Source: Thermoproteota archaeon | GTDB lineage: Archaea > Korarchaeota > Korarchaeia > Korarchaeales > Korarchaeaceae | Direction: 5' to 3' | Length of the DNA: 14,688 bases | NCBI GenBank assembly: GCA_027491415.1 | Contig: JAOZFH010000046.1 | Location: forward strand, 1 to 14,688 | Shown: in pieces, positions 7,582-14,688 of the stretch | Position numbering within the stretch: the first letter of the stretch is position 1 | How the letters are laid out: each line of letters begins with the position of its first letter | Program-made: the position numbers and the translations under genes | Notes under the pieces: generated by a model | What the model was told of the DNA's origin: nothing | What the model saw: the letters and a program-made list of their open reading frames with translations, nothing else | Database searches by the model: none

Positions 7582-7818
7582 CTGGGGAGGAGGTACTCAA
7601 CCATCTCGGTGAGGAGGGAGGTCAAGGAAAAGCTGGAGAGGTACCGGGGGGAAATGGATTGGAGCGAATTCCTCGAGTCGCTCATGGAGGAGGCCCTGCG
7701 GGCGAGGAGGGAGGCGTCCTTCCGGGCGCTGAGGGATCGGGTGCTGCCCCACCTGGCCTCGATCGAGGAGTCGAGGCGGAGGTTTAGGGAGGAGTTCTCC
7801 CTCAGGGGGAGTGACTGA
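7582..7818 (+). CDS. vapB: VapB-type antitoxin (RHH-like N-terminus)
   Basis: Frame of 7609-7818 extends to LGRRYSTISVRREVKEKLE...DWSEFL; TISV strand plus helix-helix pattern, small, directly upstream of a PIN gene. Start inferred at CTG 7582 behind GGTGA 7571-7575; in-frame stop at 7573. Confidence 0.8.
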   Translation: MGRRYSTISVRREVKEKLERYRGEMDWSEFLESLMEEALRARREASFRALRDRVLPHLASIEESRRRFREEFSLRGSD

Positions 7819-8219
7819 CGACGCCTCCGCTCCTGATAGACACGGACGTGCTCATTGATTCCCTAAGGAGGGGGGAGAGGCTGGACGGGTGCGTCTCGGT
7901 CGTGACCCTGCTTGAGTTCCTGAGGGGCGTGCCGGACCGAGAGAGGGGCGAGGTGAAGGAACTCCTGGAGGGGGCCTTCTGCGTGATAGGAGTGGACAAC
8001 GACGTCGTCGAGACGTACTGCAGGATCTACGGGGACCTAAAGGAGAGGGGGGAGCCGATAGGAGATGCGGACCTCCTTATCGGGGCCACGGCAATCGCGA
8101 AAGGGCTCAAGCTGGCCACGCTCAACGTCAGACACTACGAGAGGCTGAGAAGGTACGGACTCGAACTCTGGGAGATCGAGGGGAATCCGCCTACGCGTGA
8201 AGTCACCCAGGATCGCTAG
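7815..8219 (+). CDS. vapC: VapC PIN-domain ribonuclease toxin
   Basis: LLIDTDVLID, SVVTLLEF, DADLLIGATA, LATLNVRHY. The first catalytic Asp (IDTD, 7836-7847) is upstream of GTG 7848, so start inferred at CTG 7815 (CTGA overlap with vapB stop). Confidence 0.9.
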   Translation: MTTPPLLIDTDVLIDSLRRGERLDGCVSVVTLLEFLRGVPDRERGEVKELLEGAFCVIGVDNDVVETYCRIYGDLKERGEPIGDADLLIGATAIAKGLKLATLNVRHYERLRRYGLELWEIEGNPPTREVTQDR

Positions 8220-8264
8220 GCTCGATTCGCCCGCACGGATTGGTGGGGGATCGCGGCATGCGGG

Positions 8265-8300
8265 CCCCTCTACGGGTCCGCGGACGGGCCCGCAGAGGGG
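8265..8300. repeat. 16-bp GC-rich hairpin between convergent TA operons
   Basis: CCCCTCT-A-CGGGTCCG-[CGGA]-CGGGCCCG-C-AGAGGGG; one mismatch, one G-U. Confidence 0.55.
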
Positions 8301-8336
8301 GGGGTGCACTCACCTACCCTCCCTGCCCTCCCCTCC

Positions 8337-8496
8337 CTAGTCCTCACGGATGACCCCGCGATCTCCCCGTCGGGGTGTGGGAGAGCCTCTCGCTGAGCTT
8401 CCTAGCCTCCTCCATCTCGGTCGGCATGCGCGTCCTCACTTCCTCCTCCAGCGTCCTCCCGACGACGGGCCGGAACTTGCGCGCGGGCTCGCTCAA
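8337..8496 (-). pseudogene. Probable relic of a CopG/VapB-like antitoxin C-terminal half
   Basis: Minus strand reads ..RTLEEEVRTRMPTEMEEARKLSERLSH, then after frameshifts PDGEIA and VIRED*, resembling the ..EIVRxIREDR tail of archaeal VapB-like antitoxins; judged by eye only. Confidence 0.4.
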
Positions 8497-8905
8497 GGGT
8501 CTTTTCGACAAGCTCCCTGAGGTCGATGTAGTTCCTGACCACGCGGTCGACGACCCTCAGCCTGAGTTCCTCGTCTCTCGACAGCAGGAGCTCACCAGTC
8601 GTGAAGACGTGGTACTTGAACGGCAGCGGCGCCTCGTTCAGCACGTGGAGATCCACTGGGAGTCCGAGCTCGGTCTCAAGCTTGACCGAGACCTCGACCT
8701 CGTAGTGGAGCGCCCTCTCTGGGTCTCTGACCCACACCGCCACGTCAACATCCCTGAAGAACTCCCTCTCCAGGAACCCCCCGTGGACGTAGGCGAACTC
8801 CACGCCATCCAGCTCGCCGAGTCTCCTCCTGAGGCGACGCAGGATTCCTCGCCTCTCCTCCTCGGGAAGCCTTCGGTACCTGGGTTCCAGCCCATCAGGG
8901 CTCAA
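8402..8905 (-). CDS. Minimal nucleotidyltransferase (MntA-like antitoxin)
   Basis: FAYVHGGFLEREFFRDVDVAVWV, PVDLHVLNEAP; TTG start overlaps DUF86 stop (TTGA); last ~30 aa look like read-through. Confidence 0.92.
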   Translation of the reverse strand: MSPDGLEPRYRRLPEEERRGILRRLRRRLGELDGVEFAYVHGGFLEREFFRDVDVAVWVRDPERALHYEVEVSVKLETELGLPVDLHVLNEAPLPFKYHVFTTGELLLSRDEELRLRVVDRVVRNYIDLRELVEKTLERARAQVPARRREDAGGGSEDAHADRDGGG

Positions 8906-9336
8906 GGGCCCGGGCCTCCCGATTCCTCTAGGAAATCCCTCACGCGCGCGACGAACTCCTCGAAGTCCCCAAGCCCGCCCTTCAGGCTCGAGAAAACCTT
9001 CTCGTCTTGGATGGTCCAGTACCTGTGGACGAGCAGGTTCCTGAGCCTGGCCGCAGATGCGAGCCTCTCCGCCAGTCCCCCGGGTAAAACTCCCTTCTCA
9101 CCCAGCCTGAGGAAGCACTCGGGGAAGCCCTCGGGCTTCTCGTTGAACGCCGCCATCAGTATGTGCACGCAAACGCTGGAGGCCGCCTCAACCAGCTGGA
9201 TCACGAGGTACCTCATTGCCAGCCTGTGGTGCGTGGTGAGCCGACCGTATTCCCGATCTACGATCTCCCTGAGCATGCGGATCGCGTCGTTTATCTCCCT
9301 GATTCGGGCCTCGATCATCTCGCGGTTGATCGGCAC
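8902..9336 (-). CDS. HepT-like ribonuclease toxin (DUF86)
   Basis: 144 aa, helical; RNLLVHRY = RX4HXY motif; GGGAGG site before GTG. Confidence 0.93.
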   Translation of the reverse strand: MPINREMIEARIREINDAIRMLREIVDREYGRLTTHHRLAMRYLVIQLVEAASSVCVHILMAAFNEKPEGFPECFLRLGEKGVLPGGLAERLASAARLRNLLVHRYWTIQDEKVFSSLKGGLGDFEEFVARVRDFLEESGGPGP

Positions 9337-9365
9337 CGAGCCTCCCGTCCCGAACTCCCGTTTGG

Positions 9366-9373
9366 CTTATATT
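9366..9373 (-). promoter_or_regulatory. Putative TATA box for DUF86-MNT operon
   Basis: AATATAAG on minus strand, 30 nt before GTG 9336. Confidence 0.55.
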
Positions 9374-9643
9374 CAAACGTTCTTGATTCACCCCCCGCGG
9401 CTGAGGCCAAATCAGTCCCAACGCCGTGAGATGCGCTTTGCTCAGCCCCCTCTTCGACGCCACCGTTGAACGTCCCGGGCGTTGACCGAGCCTCCGAGGT
9501 CCCACCGACCGAAGCGTCGGCCGGGTCATGACGCCCCTCCCGCGAGAGGATCGTCAGAGAGACCCTCCTAGGGCTTCGATGGGGGCCCGTCGGTGCCGGG
9601 GGTGGTTCCGCGGTCGTGGCCGTCGCTGAGAGTGGTGAGGACC

Positions 9644-11200
9644 CTACGGGTCGGGCGTGCGCGTCCCCCTCTTTGCCAGGGCCCTCCTGACCGCCAAGCT
9701 CACCTCCCTCCTGCGGGTTGGCAATCGGAGCGGCTCCCTGAAGGACACCTCTCTCCTCCTGGGCTCGGACGACGGTGAGAACAGCTCGAGGAGGACCCTG
9801 CCGTCCACGTTGGTCGGGACCGGGAGCCCGAGCATGTGCAGGACGGTGGGCGCGATGTCGTAGACCGAGGCGTCGACCCTGGCGCCGGGCTCCACGTCGG
9901 GGCCGTATGCGAAGATCACTCCGGTCCTCCTGTGGTCGGCCCTCTTGACCCTCGACGCCTCGACGAGGCGGGACCTCACGTGCCTCTCGACCGAGTACCC
10001 GCTGGCCGGCACCAAGACCAGGTCGGGGGCCTCCCCCACGAGAGGACCGCTGTATATCTCCCCCCTCTCGTAGACCGCCTCGACGACGCGTCCACCCGTG
10101 TCCGGATCCCTCAGGGTCAGGAGGCCCTCCCTCAGCTCCCCTATCAGCCTCCTCCTCTCGTCGCCTCGGGCGGCGAGGTAAATCCCGCCCATTCCGTACA
10201 TGAAGGCCCTCGTTCTCTGGAGGTCGAAGTCGACCGAGGGGTTGGACCCCCCGGGGATGGCAGCCCTCAGGGCGCCCGCGGCCCGGGGGGAGAGCCTCCT
10301 GTAGAGCCTGATGAGTCCGGTCCTGTAGAGCAGCCCCCTCAGCCTCTCCCTGTCCAGGCCGACGGCCCTCATGACGCCGGCTGCGCGGCCCCCCCGGAGC
10401 CTCAGGTAGCCCTCCCGGTAGAGATACGAGTTGACGTAGAGGTGCCTGTCTATCGGGCCGAACCCGTGGTCGGAGACCACCAAGAGGTTTATCCCGGCCC
10501 TGAGGGCTCGGTCCATCACATCCCCTAGGAACCCGTCCACCGTGCGGAAGTACTCCATCATCTCTGGCGTGCCCCACATGAGGTGCTGTATCCTGTCCGT
10601 CCCGGCGATCACGAAGAACATCAGGCGCCAGTCCCTCTCGAATAGCTCCCAGAACAGCTGGAACCTCTGCTCGGTCATCCTCGTGAGGTCACGCATGAAC
10701 TCCTCCTTCCTGTCCCCGTAGTCGCTCCACCGCAGCTCGAACCTGTAGTCGGGGAACCTCCTGAGGAGCCAGTCTCTGAGCTCTGGAGGGTGGGCGAAGT
10801 CGGCCCTCCTGGAGGGGGTGAGCATTCCGGTGATCATGACGCCCCTGATCGGCCGGGCCGGGTAGGAGACGGGCAGGTTTATCACGAATGACCCGTCGAC
10901 GTAGTCCCAGAGCTCGGGCGCCCTCTTATGGGTGGAGTTCACCAGCTCGAAGCTCCAGGAGCCGTCGCGCCTGAGCACGCGGAAGAAGTCGAAGAGGCCG
11001 TGCTTGCCGGGATTGACCCCGGTGGTGATGGAGGTCCAGCCCGGGGGGGTGGTCGGAGGAACCGTGCTCTCCAGGACGCCGCCGGCGCCCTCTTCCATCA
11101 GCCTCTTGAAGTTGGGGAGAGACCCTCTAGCGGACCAGTCGGAGACTAGAGTCCAGTCGACCCCGTCAAGGCCAAGAACAGCCACCCTAAATTTACTCAT
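9644..11200 (-). CDS. Alkaline phosphatase superfamily protein (type I phosphodiesterase/nucleotide pyrophosphatase, COG3379-like)
   Basis: GLDG, STVPPTTPPGWTSITTGVNPGKHG, DRIQH, VSDHGF, DH...G, DIAPTVL motifs; 518 aa. Confidence 0.93.
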   Translation of the reverse strand: MSKFRVAVLGLDGVDWTLVSDWSARGSLPNFKRLMEEGAGGVLESTVPPTTPPGWTSITTGVNPGKHGLFDFFRVLRRDGSWSFELVNSTHKRAPELWDYVDGSFVINLPVSYPARPIRGVMITGMLTPSRRADFAHPPELRDWLLRRFPDYRFELRWSDYGDRKEEFMRDLTRMTEQRFQLFWELFERDWRLMFFVIAGTDRIQHLMWGTPEMMEYFRTVDGFLGDVMDRALRAGINLLVVSDHGFGPIDRHLYVNSYLYREGYLRLRGGRAAGVMRAVGLDRERLRGLLYRTGLIRLYRRLSPRAAGALRAAIPGGSNPSVDFDLQRTRAFMYGMGGIYLAARGDERRRLIGELREGLLTLRDPDTGGRVVEAVYERGEIYSGPLVGEAPDLVLVPASGYSVERHVRSRLVEASRVKRADHRRTGVIFAYGPDVEPGARVDASVYDIAPTVLHMLGLPVPTNVDGRVLLELFSPSSEPRRREVSFREPLRLPTRRREVSLAVRRALAKRGTRTPDP

Positions 11201-11283
11201 CCTCTATCAACTCACCCGGTTCGTTTCTCATTATCTGACGGTACAGGGGACGGGAGTTAGGGGGAGCAAATGGATTCCGCTAA

Positions 11284-12312
11284 CTAAAGCGTCTCTCCAT
11301 ACTTGATGTGACTGTGAAGATACTCCTCAACGAGCGCCTGAAGCTCATTGAGTGAGAGAAACTCCGCATCGTTGGAGCTATATCCTCTGACGTACGTTCG
11401 CCTAAGCTCATCCCAATGCTCTTCCCAATTTCGAGTTCTCCCTGAGGGCAATATTACGTACGAGTTGAGTGGGGGGAACTCATACACAGCAGACAGCTCT
11501 GACTGCAGTAAAAGCTCCTCGTGCATCTTTTCACCGGGCCTCAATCCAATAATTCTCACATCCACCTCGCTGGGAGATATTCCCAACTTCGGTGCTATTC
11601 TCTCTCGGATCACCTCGACCAAATCTCCAAGCCTGAATGCCTTCATCTTGAGAATAAATGTTTCTCCGCCCCGCGCGTACTTTGAAGACTCAATGACTAG
11701 TCTGGCCGCATCTTCTATCCTCATTAGAAACCTCGTTACCCCAGGATCCGTCACCGTTAGGCTTTTGTGGAATATGAGCTCAGTCAGCAGAGCGGGTATT
11801 ACGGATCCCCTGGAGGCAACGACGTTCCCAAAACGGACGCATGTGTATCCGGAGTTGAGGGTTATCCTCTCAGCGATGAGCTTAGTTGCCCCCATCACGC
11901 TCAGGGGGTAGACCGCCTTATCGGTACTGACGGTTATAAGGGTGGGCACTCCGCTCTTCCTGGCCGCCTCTACTACGTTCCGAGTGCCAATCACGTTTGT
12001 ACTGACTGCCTCCATAGGGTTCTCCTCGCACATCGTAACGTGCTTTAGTGCAGCCGCATGGTAAACCACGTCGATGTCGTATTTCTCAAAAACCCTTCCC
12101 ACGCTCCTTAAATCCCTTACATCTCCGACGACCGTCTTGAGCCTCTCATCCGCGAAGCGCTTCCTCAACATGAACTGCTTCGTCTCATCCCTGCTAAAAA
12201 CTACTACCGTACCGACATTTTGAGAGAGAATCTGGGTGAGGATCTCCCTGCCAATAGACCCGGTCCCGCCCGTTATTAGCACGTTCGCGTTAGACAGGTC
12301 CTTCATGTCCAC
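11284..12312 (-). CDS. UDP-N-acetylglucosamine 4,6-dehydratase family (CapD/PglF/FlaA1-like, soluble)
   Basis: ITGGTGSIG, FSRDETKQ, HAAALKHV, STDKAV, MGATK, RFGNV..SRGSVIP, GLRPGEKMHEEL. Start GTG 12312 or ATG 12306. Confidence 0.94.
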   Translation of the reverse strand: MDMKDLSNANVLITGGTGSIGREILTQILSQNVGTVVVFSRDETKQFMLRKRFADERLKTVVGDVRDLRSVGRVFEKYDIDVVYHAAALKHVTMCEENPMEAVSTNVIGTRNVVEAARKSGVPTLITVSTDKAVYPLSVMGATKLIAERITLNSGYTCVRFGNVVASRGSVIPALLTELIFHKSLTVTDPGVTRFLMRIEDAARLVIESSKYARGGETFILKMKAFRLGDLVEVIRERIAPKLGISPSEVDVRIIGLRPGEKMHEELLLQSELSAVYEFPPLNSYVILPSGRTRNWEEHWDELRRTYVRGYSSNDAEFLSLNELQALVEEYLHSHIKYGETL

Positions 12313-13446
12313 TCACACTCCTTCGAAGAACTCTCTAATTTTTTCAGCGATGAACAGAATGTCTTCCTCCCTCAAGGTCGGAAACATGGGCAGAGAGAGT
12401 ACCTCTTTGGATACATACTCGGTGACGGGCAGCTCTCCGCCCTCGTACCCGAAGTTCTCTCTATAGAACGATGTGAGGTGAATTGGGTCAAAGTAGACCT
12501 TCGACATAATCCCATGCTGAGCAAGATACCTCAGGAGTTGATCTCTTTGGTTGCCTGGGGTGCGGATTGTGTAAAGCTGATACACGTGTAAAGAGCCCTC
12601 TGGTTCCCTAGGGGTCCTCACTTCTGGAACTCCGGACAAAGCTGAATTGTATCTCTCTGCCCGGTCGCGCCGCAGTTGGATAAGCCTATCAACCTTTCTG
12701 AGCTGGGAGATGCCTAGAGCAGCTAGGATGCTTGAGAGTCTGAGGTTATATCCCAGAGAAACGTAGTCGGCTGAATCCACTGAGTCGAAGTAGCCATCAT
12801 CGTCCCTTCGGCCGTGAGATCGGATCAACCTTAGCCTTCGGTACAATTCCTCGGAGTCGGTCACGACGGCCCCGCCCTCACCTGTAGTAATGATCTTGTT
12901 CTGGCAGAAGCTTAAGATGCCAGAGTGCCCAATGGTCCCTACCTTGCTTCCCTTATATTCCGCTCCAAAGGCCTCGGCGGCATCTTCTATTAGCAGGAGG
13001 CCGTAATCTTGTGCGATTTCCCTAAGGTCTCCCACCCTACAAGGGAGACCTGCGTAGTGAACAGCTATTATCGCCCTAGTATTCGGGCCTATCTTCTCCA
13101 AAACGTCGTCAGGATCTAGCCCCAAGGTCTCCTCCTCGATGTCGGCGAATACCGGCTTGGCCCCCACAAAGAGGGGCGCATTCGCCGTAGCCACAAACGT
13201 GAAAGACGGAACGATAACCTCGTCGCCGGGTCCGATCTTGTGGGCTAGGAGTGCAGCGTGCAAGGCCGATGTTCCCGAGTTGAAGGTAACACAGAACCTA
13301 GAGCCGAGGTACCCGCAGAGCATTTCCTCGAATTTTCGAACCTCAGGACCGACTGCCCAGTGAGAGCCCCTCTTAATCACCCTCGAGACAGACCGAATAT
13401 CCTCGTCGTCCCAGTAGATCTTGAATAGGGGTATCTCCCCCCTCAA
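12313..13446 (-). CDS. DegT/DnrJ/EryC1/StrS PLP-dependent sugar aminotransferase
   Basis: NSGTSALH, GDEVIVPSFTFVATAN, IEDAAEA, SFCQNKIITTGEGG (PLP Lys), GYNLRL, LSLPMFP. Confidence 0.96.
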   Translation of the reverse strand: MRGEIPLFKIYWDDEDIRSVSRVIKRGSHWAVGPEVRKFEEMLCGYLGSRFCVTFNSGTSALHAALLAHKIGPGDEVIVPSFTFVATANAPLFVGAKPVFADIEEETLGLDPDDVLEKIGPNTRAIIAVHYAGLPCRVGDLREIAQDYGLLLIEDAAEAFGAEYKGSKVGTIGHSGILSFCQNKIITTGEGGAVVTDSEELYRRLRLIRSHGRRDDDGYFDSVDSADYVSLGYNLRLSSILAALGISQLRKVDRLIQLRRDRAERYNSALSGVPEVRTPREPEGSLHVYQLYTIRTPGNQRDQLLRYLAQHGIMSKVYFDPIHLTSFYRENFGYEGGELPVTEYVSKEVLSLPMFPTLREEDILFIAEKIREFFEGV

Positions 13447-13868
13447 CTCTTCACCCCTCTCTTCTCCCCTTCGGTGAGCGGCCTAATCACCCTCACCGGA
13501 ATCCCGAAGGCGAGAACGTTGTCAGGGACATCCTTATTGACGAAGCTGAAGGCCCCGATTATGGAGTTCTCGCCTATCGTCACGCCAGGCATCACGACGC
13601 TGTGCGTGCCTATCCTTGCGCCCCGCTTAATGGTGACTTTTCCCGCCTTCCCGTCTATGGTTGAGATTGAGTATATGGAGCAGTGAGACCCAATCTGAAC
13701 GTAATCTTCTATCTCAACCCCGAACTTCGCGTTAATGTACGTAAAAGCTCCAATATCTACATACTTCCCCAGGACCAAGTTCTCGGGATGCTGAACCATC
13801 CAGTTCCATCTCGTCATACCTCTTTCATCGAAGGTTGGAGGCTCCCACTTCTTGAATCTCTCACTCAC
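13443..13868 (-). CDS. Hexapeptide-repeat (left-handed beta-helix) acyltransferase
   Basis: VTIKRGARIGTHSVVMPGVTIGENSIIGAFSFVNKDVP...GIPVRVIR; stop overlaps DegT start (TTGA). Confidence 0.93.
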   Translation of the reverse strand: MSERFKKWEPPTFDERGMTRWNWMVQHPENLVLGKYVDIGAFTYINAKFGVEIEDYVQIGSHCSIYSISTIDGKAGKVTIKRGARIGTHSVVMPGVTIGENSIIGAFSFVNKDVPDNVLAFGIPVRVIRPLTEGEKRGVKS

Positions 13869-13917
13869 CCTCTAACAACCCCCCTGAGCGATCGAACATC
13901 ACATGAAGGGGAGCGAA

Positions 13918-14322
13918 TCATTCAGACTCACCTCCCTCCATTCCTGCGTCTCGAAAAAGGGGAGACGTATCGCCCCCTCCCTTAGGCGACGAGGCCGATC
14001 TCAACAATGCGACTTCAAGGGCGAGCCACTCCACCTTCGTCTTTAGCGCCGTTAATTGGACGTAGAGGTTGAGTAATAGGGCCAGAGTCGAGAAGAAGGA
14101 GATCATTAAGACGGAAGACAGAGAAAATTGTGTACCCAATAGCCTGTAAATATAATATAGAGACACTGGCACAGCGAATATTGTGAAAATTCCAACGCTA
14201 ATTGCGAACCATATGGCAAAGGTAGTTCCTTCAATTCTTCCCTTCCGGAGTAGATACAACGAAGTTACCGCTAGAGTCAGGGAAAATCCGATCCCTACAC
14301 AGACATATGGAGAAAAGTTCAT
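13918..14322 (-). CDS. DUF2304 family membrane protein
   Basis: Three hydrophobic helices with W and P at family-like positions, then LY..L..L..KV..LA.EVAL coiled tail; directly downstream of a DPM-like GT2, the usual context. Confidence 0.82.
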   Translation of the reverse strand: MNFSPYVCVGIGFSLTLAVTSLYLLRKGRIEGTTFAIWFAISVGIFTIFAVPVSLYYIYRLLGTQFSLSSVLMISFFSTLALLLNLYVQLTALKTKVEWLALEVALLRSASSPKGGGDTSPLFRDAGMEGGESE

Positions 14323-14325
14323 CTC

Positions 14326-14688
14326 TCATATCGCCTCCTGTACGATAAACTTTATGAGACTGAACGGGTATCTCAACATCTTCCTGGGACTGTAGCTCTT
14401 AGACCTCCCGACGCGCCTGGGGAGCATGACGACTGGGACTTCAGCTATCCTCAAACCCAGCTTTGCTGCCCTCGTAGTCTCATAAAGCCAAAAGACAGAG
14501 TCGTCCGGAATGTTTCCAGACAAGTAGGATTTCGCAAGGCGGAGGAGGGCTGACCTGTTCCACGCCCTAAGCCCGGAAGTAACGTCGGGGACCTTCATCT
14601 TAGTCAACCATGTGACCACCGTAGATGAAAAAGCCCTTCCCGCCTGCTTGAGTATGGAGTCGTGATCATTGAAGTCTCCCTCAACGTA
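14326..14688 (-). CDS. Glycosyltransferase family 2 (DPM synthase-like), 5' truncated at window edge
   Basis: Frame open to base 14688: YVEGDF...PDVTSGLRAW...GLRIAEVPVVMLPRRVGRSK. Confidence 0.9.
   Translation of the reverse strand, partial: YVEGDFNDHDSILKQAGRAFSSTVVTWLTKMKVPDVTSGLRAWNRSALLRLAKSYLSGNIPDDSVFWLYETTRAAKLGLRIAEVPVVMLPRRVGRSKSYSPRKMLRYPFSLIKFIVQEAI

Noticed and set aside
7569-7787. 72 aa ORF from ATG 7569 as the antitoxin
   Set aside because: Gly/Glu-rich off-frame product; the antitoxin motifs are in the 7582-7818 frame.
4720-9450. TA modules as integron cassettes
   Set aside because: One RYYYAAC (GCTTAAC 5642-5648) but no paired GTTRRRY, no attC-like fold and no integrase.
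8375-9469. 364 aa plus-strand ORF across the DUF86-MNT pair
   Set aside because: Ser/Leu-rich antisense translation of two recognisable genes.
9315-10577. 420 aa minus-strand ORF
   Set aside because: Alternate frame of the phosphodiesterase; Arg/Gly/Pro-rich with no motifs.
11261-13923. Similar words GGGGAGCAAATGGATTC (11261) and GGGGAGCGAATCATTC (13908) after two minus-strand genes
   Set aside because: Only 7 nt of perfect identity and two copies; not distinguishable from chance.
1-14688. tRNA, rRNA, CRISPR array, IS element
   Set aside because: No cloverleaf, regularly spaced repeats, transposase ORF or terminal inverted repeats seen by eye.

Overview
High-GC window from what looks like a thermophilic archaeon (AGG/ATA codon use, TATA boxes ~25 nt before starts, GGTGA/GGAGG ribosome sites, TTG/GTG starts); lineage cannot be fixed from sequence alone. 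Block 1 (1-4706) is housekeeping/stress: DUF4910/M28-like peptidase (missed by the ORF track, truncated into a poly-C contig end), ThiF/MoeB E1-like enzyme, cutA, VIT1/CCC1-like membrane protein, universal stress protein, unknown membrane protein, rnhB. Block 2 (~4740-9380) is a toxin-antitoxin island around one SDR gene: a decayed DUF86(HepT)-MNT pair bracketed by a ~20-22 nt direct repeat, a HEPN-MNT pair, a vapBC pair whose two genes both seem to need CTG starts, an antitoxin relic, and an intact inverted DUF86-MNT pair. Block 3 (9644-14688) is a minus-strand glycosylation locus (GT2, DUF2304, acetyltransferase, DegT aminotransferase, UDP-GlcNAc 4,6-dehydratase, AlkP-family phosphodiesterase) with lower GC, the shift apparently falling inside the 5' end of the phosphodiesterase gene. 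No rRNA, tRNA, CRISPR array, transposase or integrase seen. No clearly new system is established; the best leads are the repeat-bounded TA cassette and the CTG-initiated vapBC.
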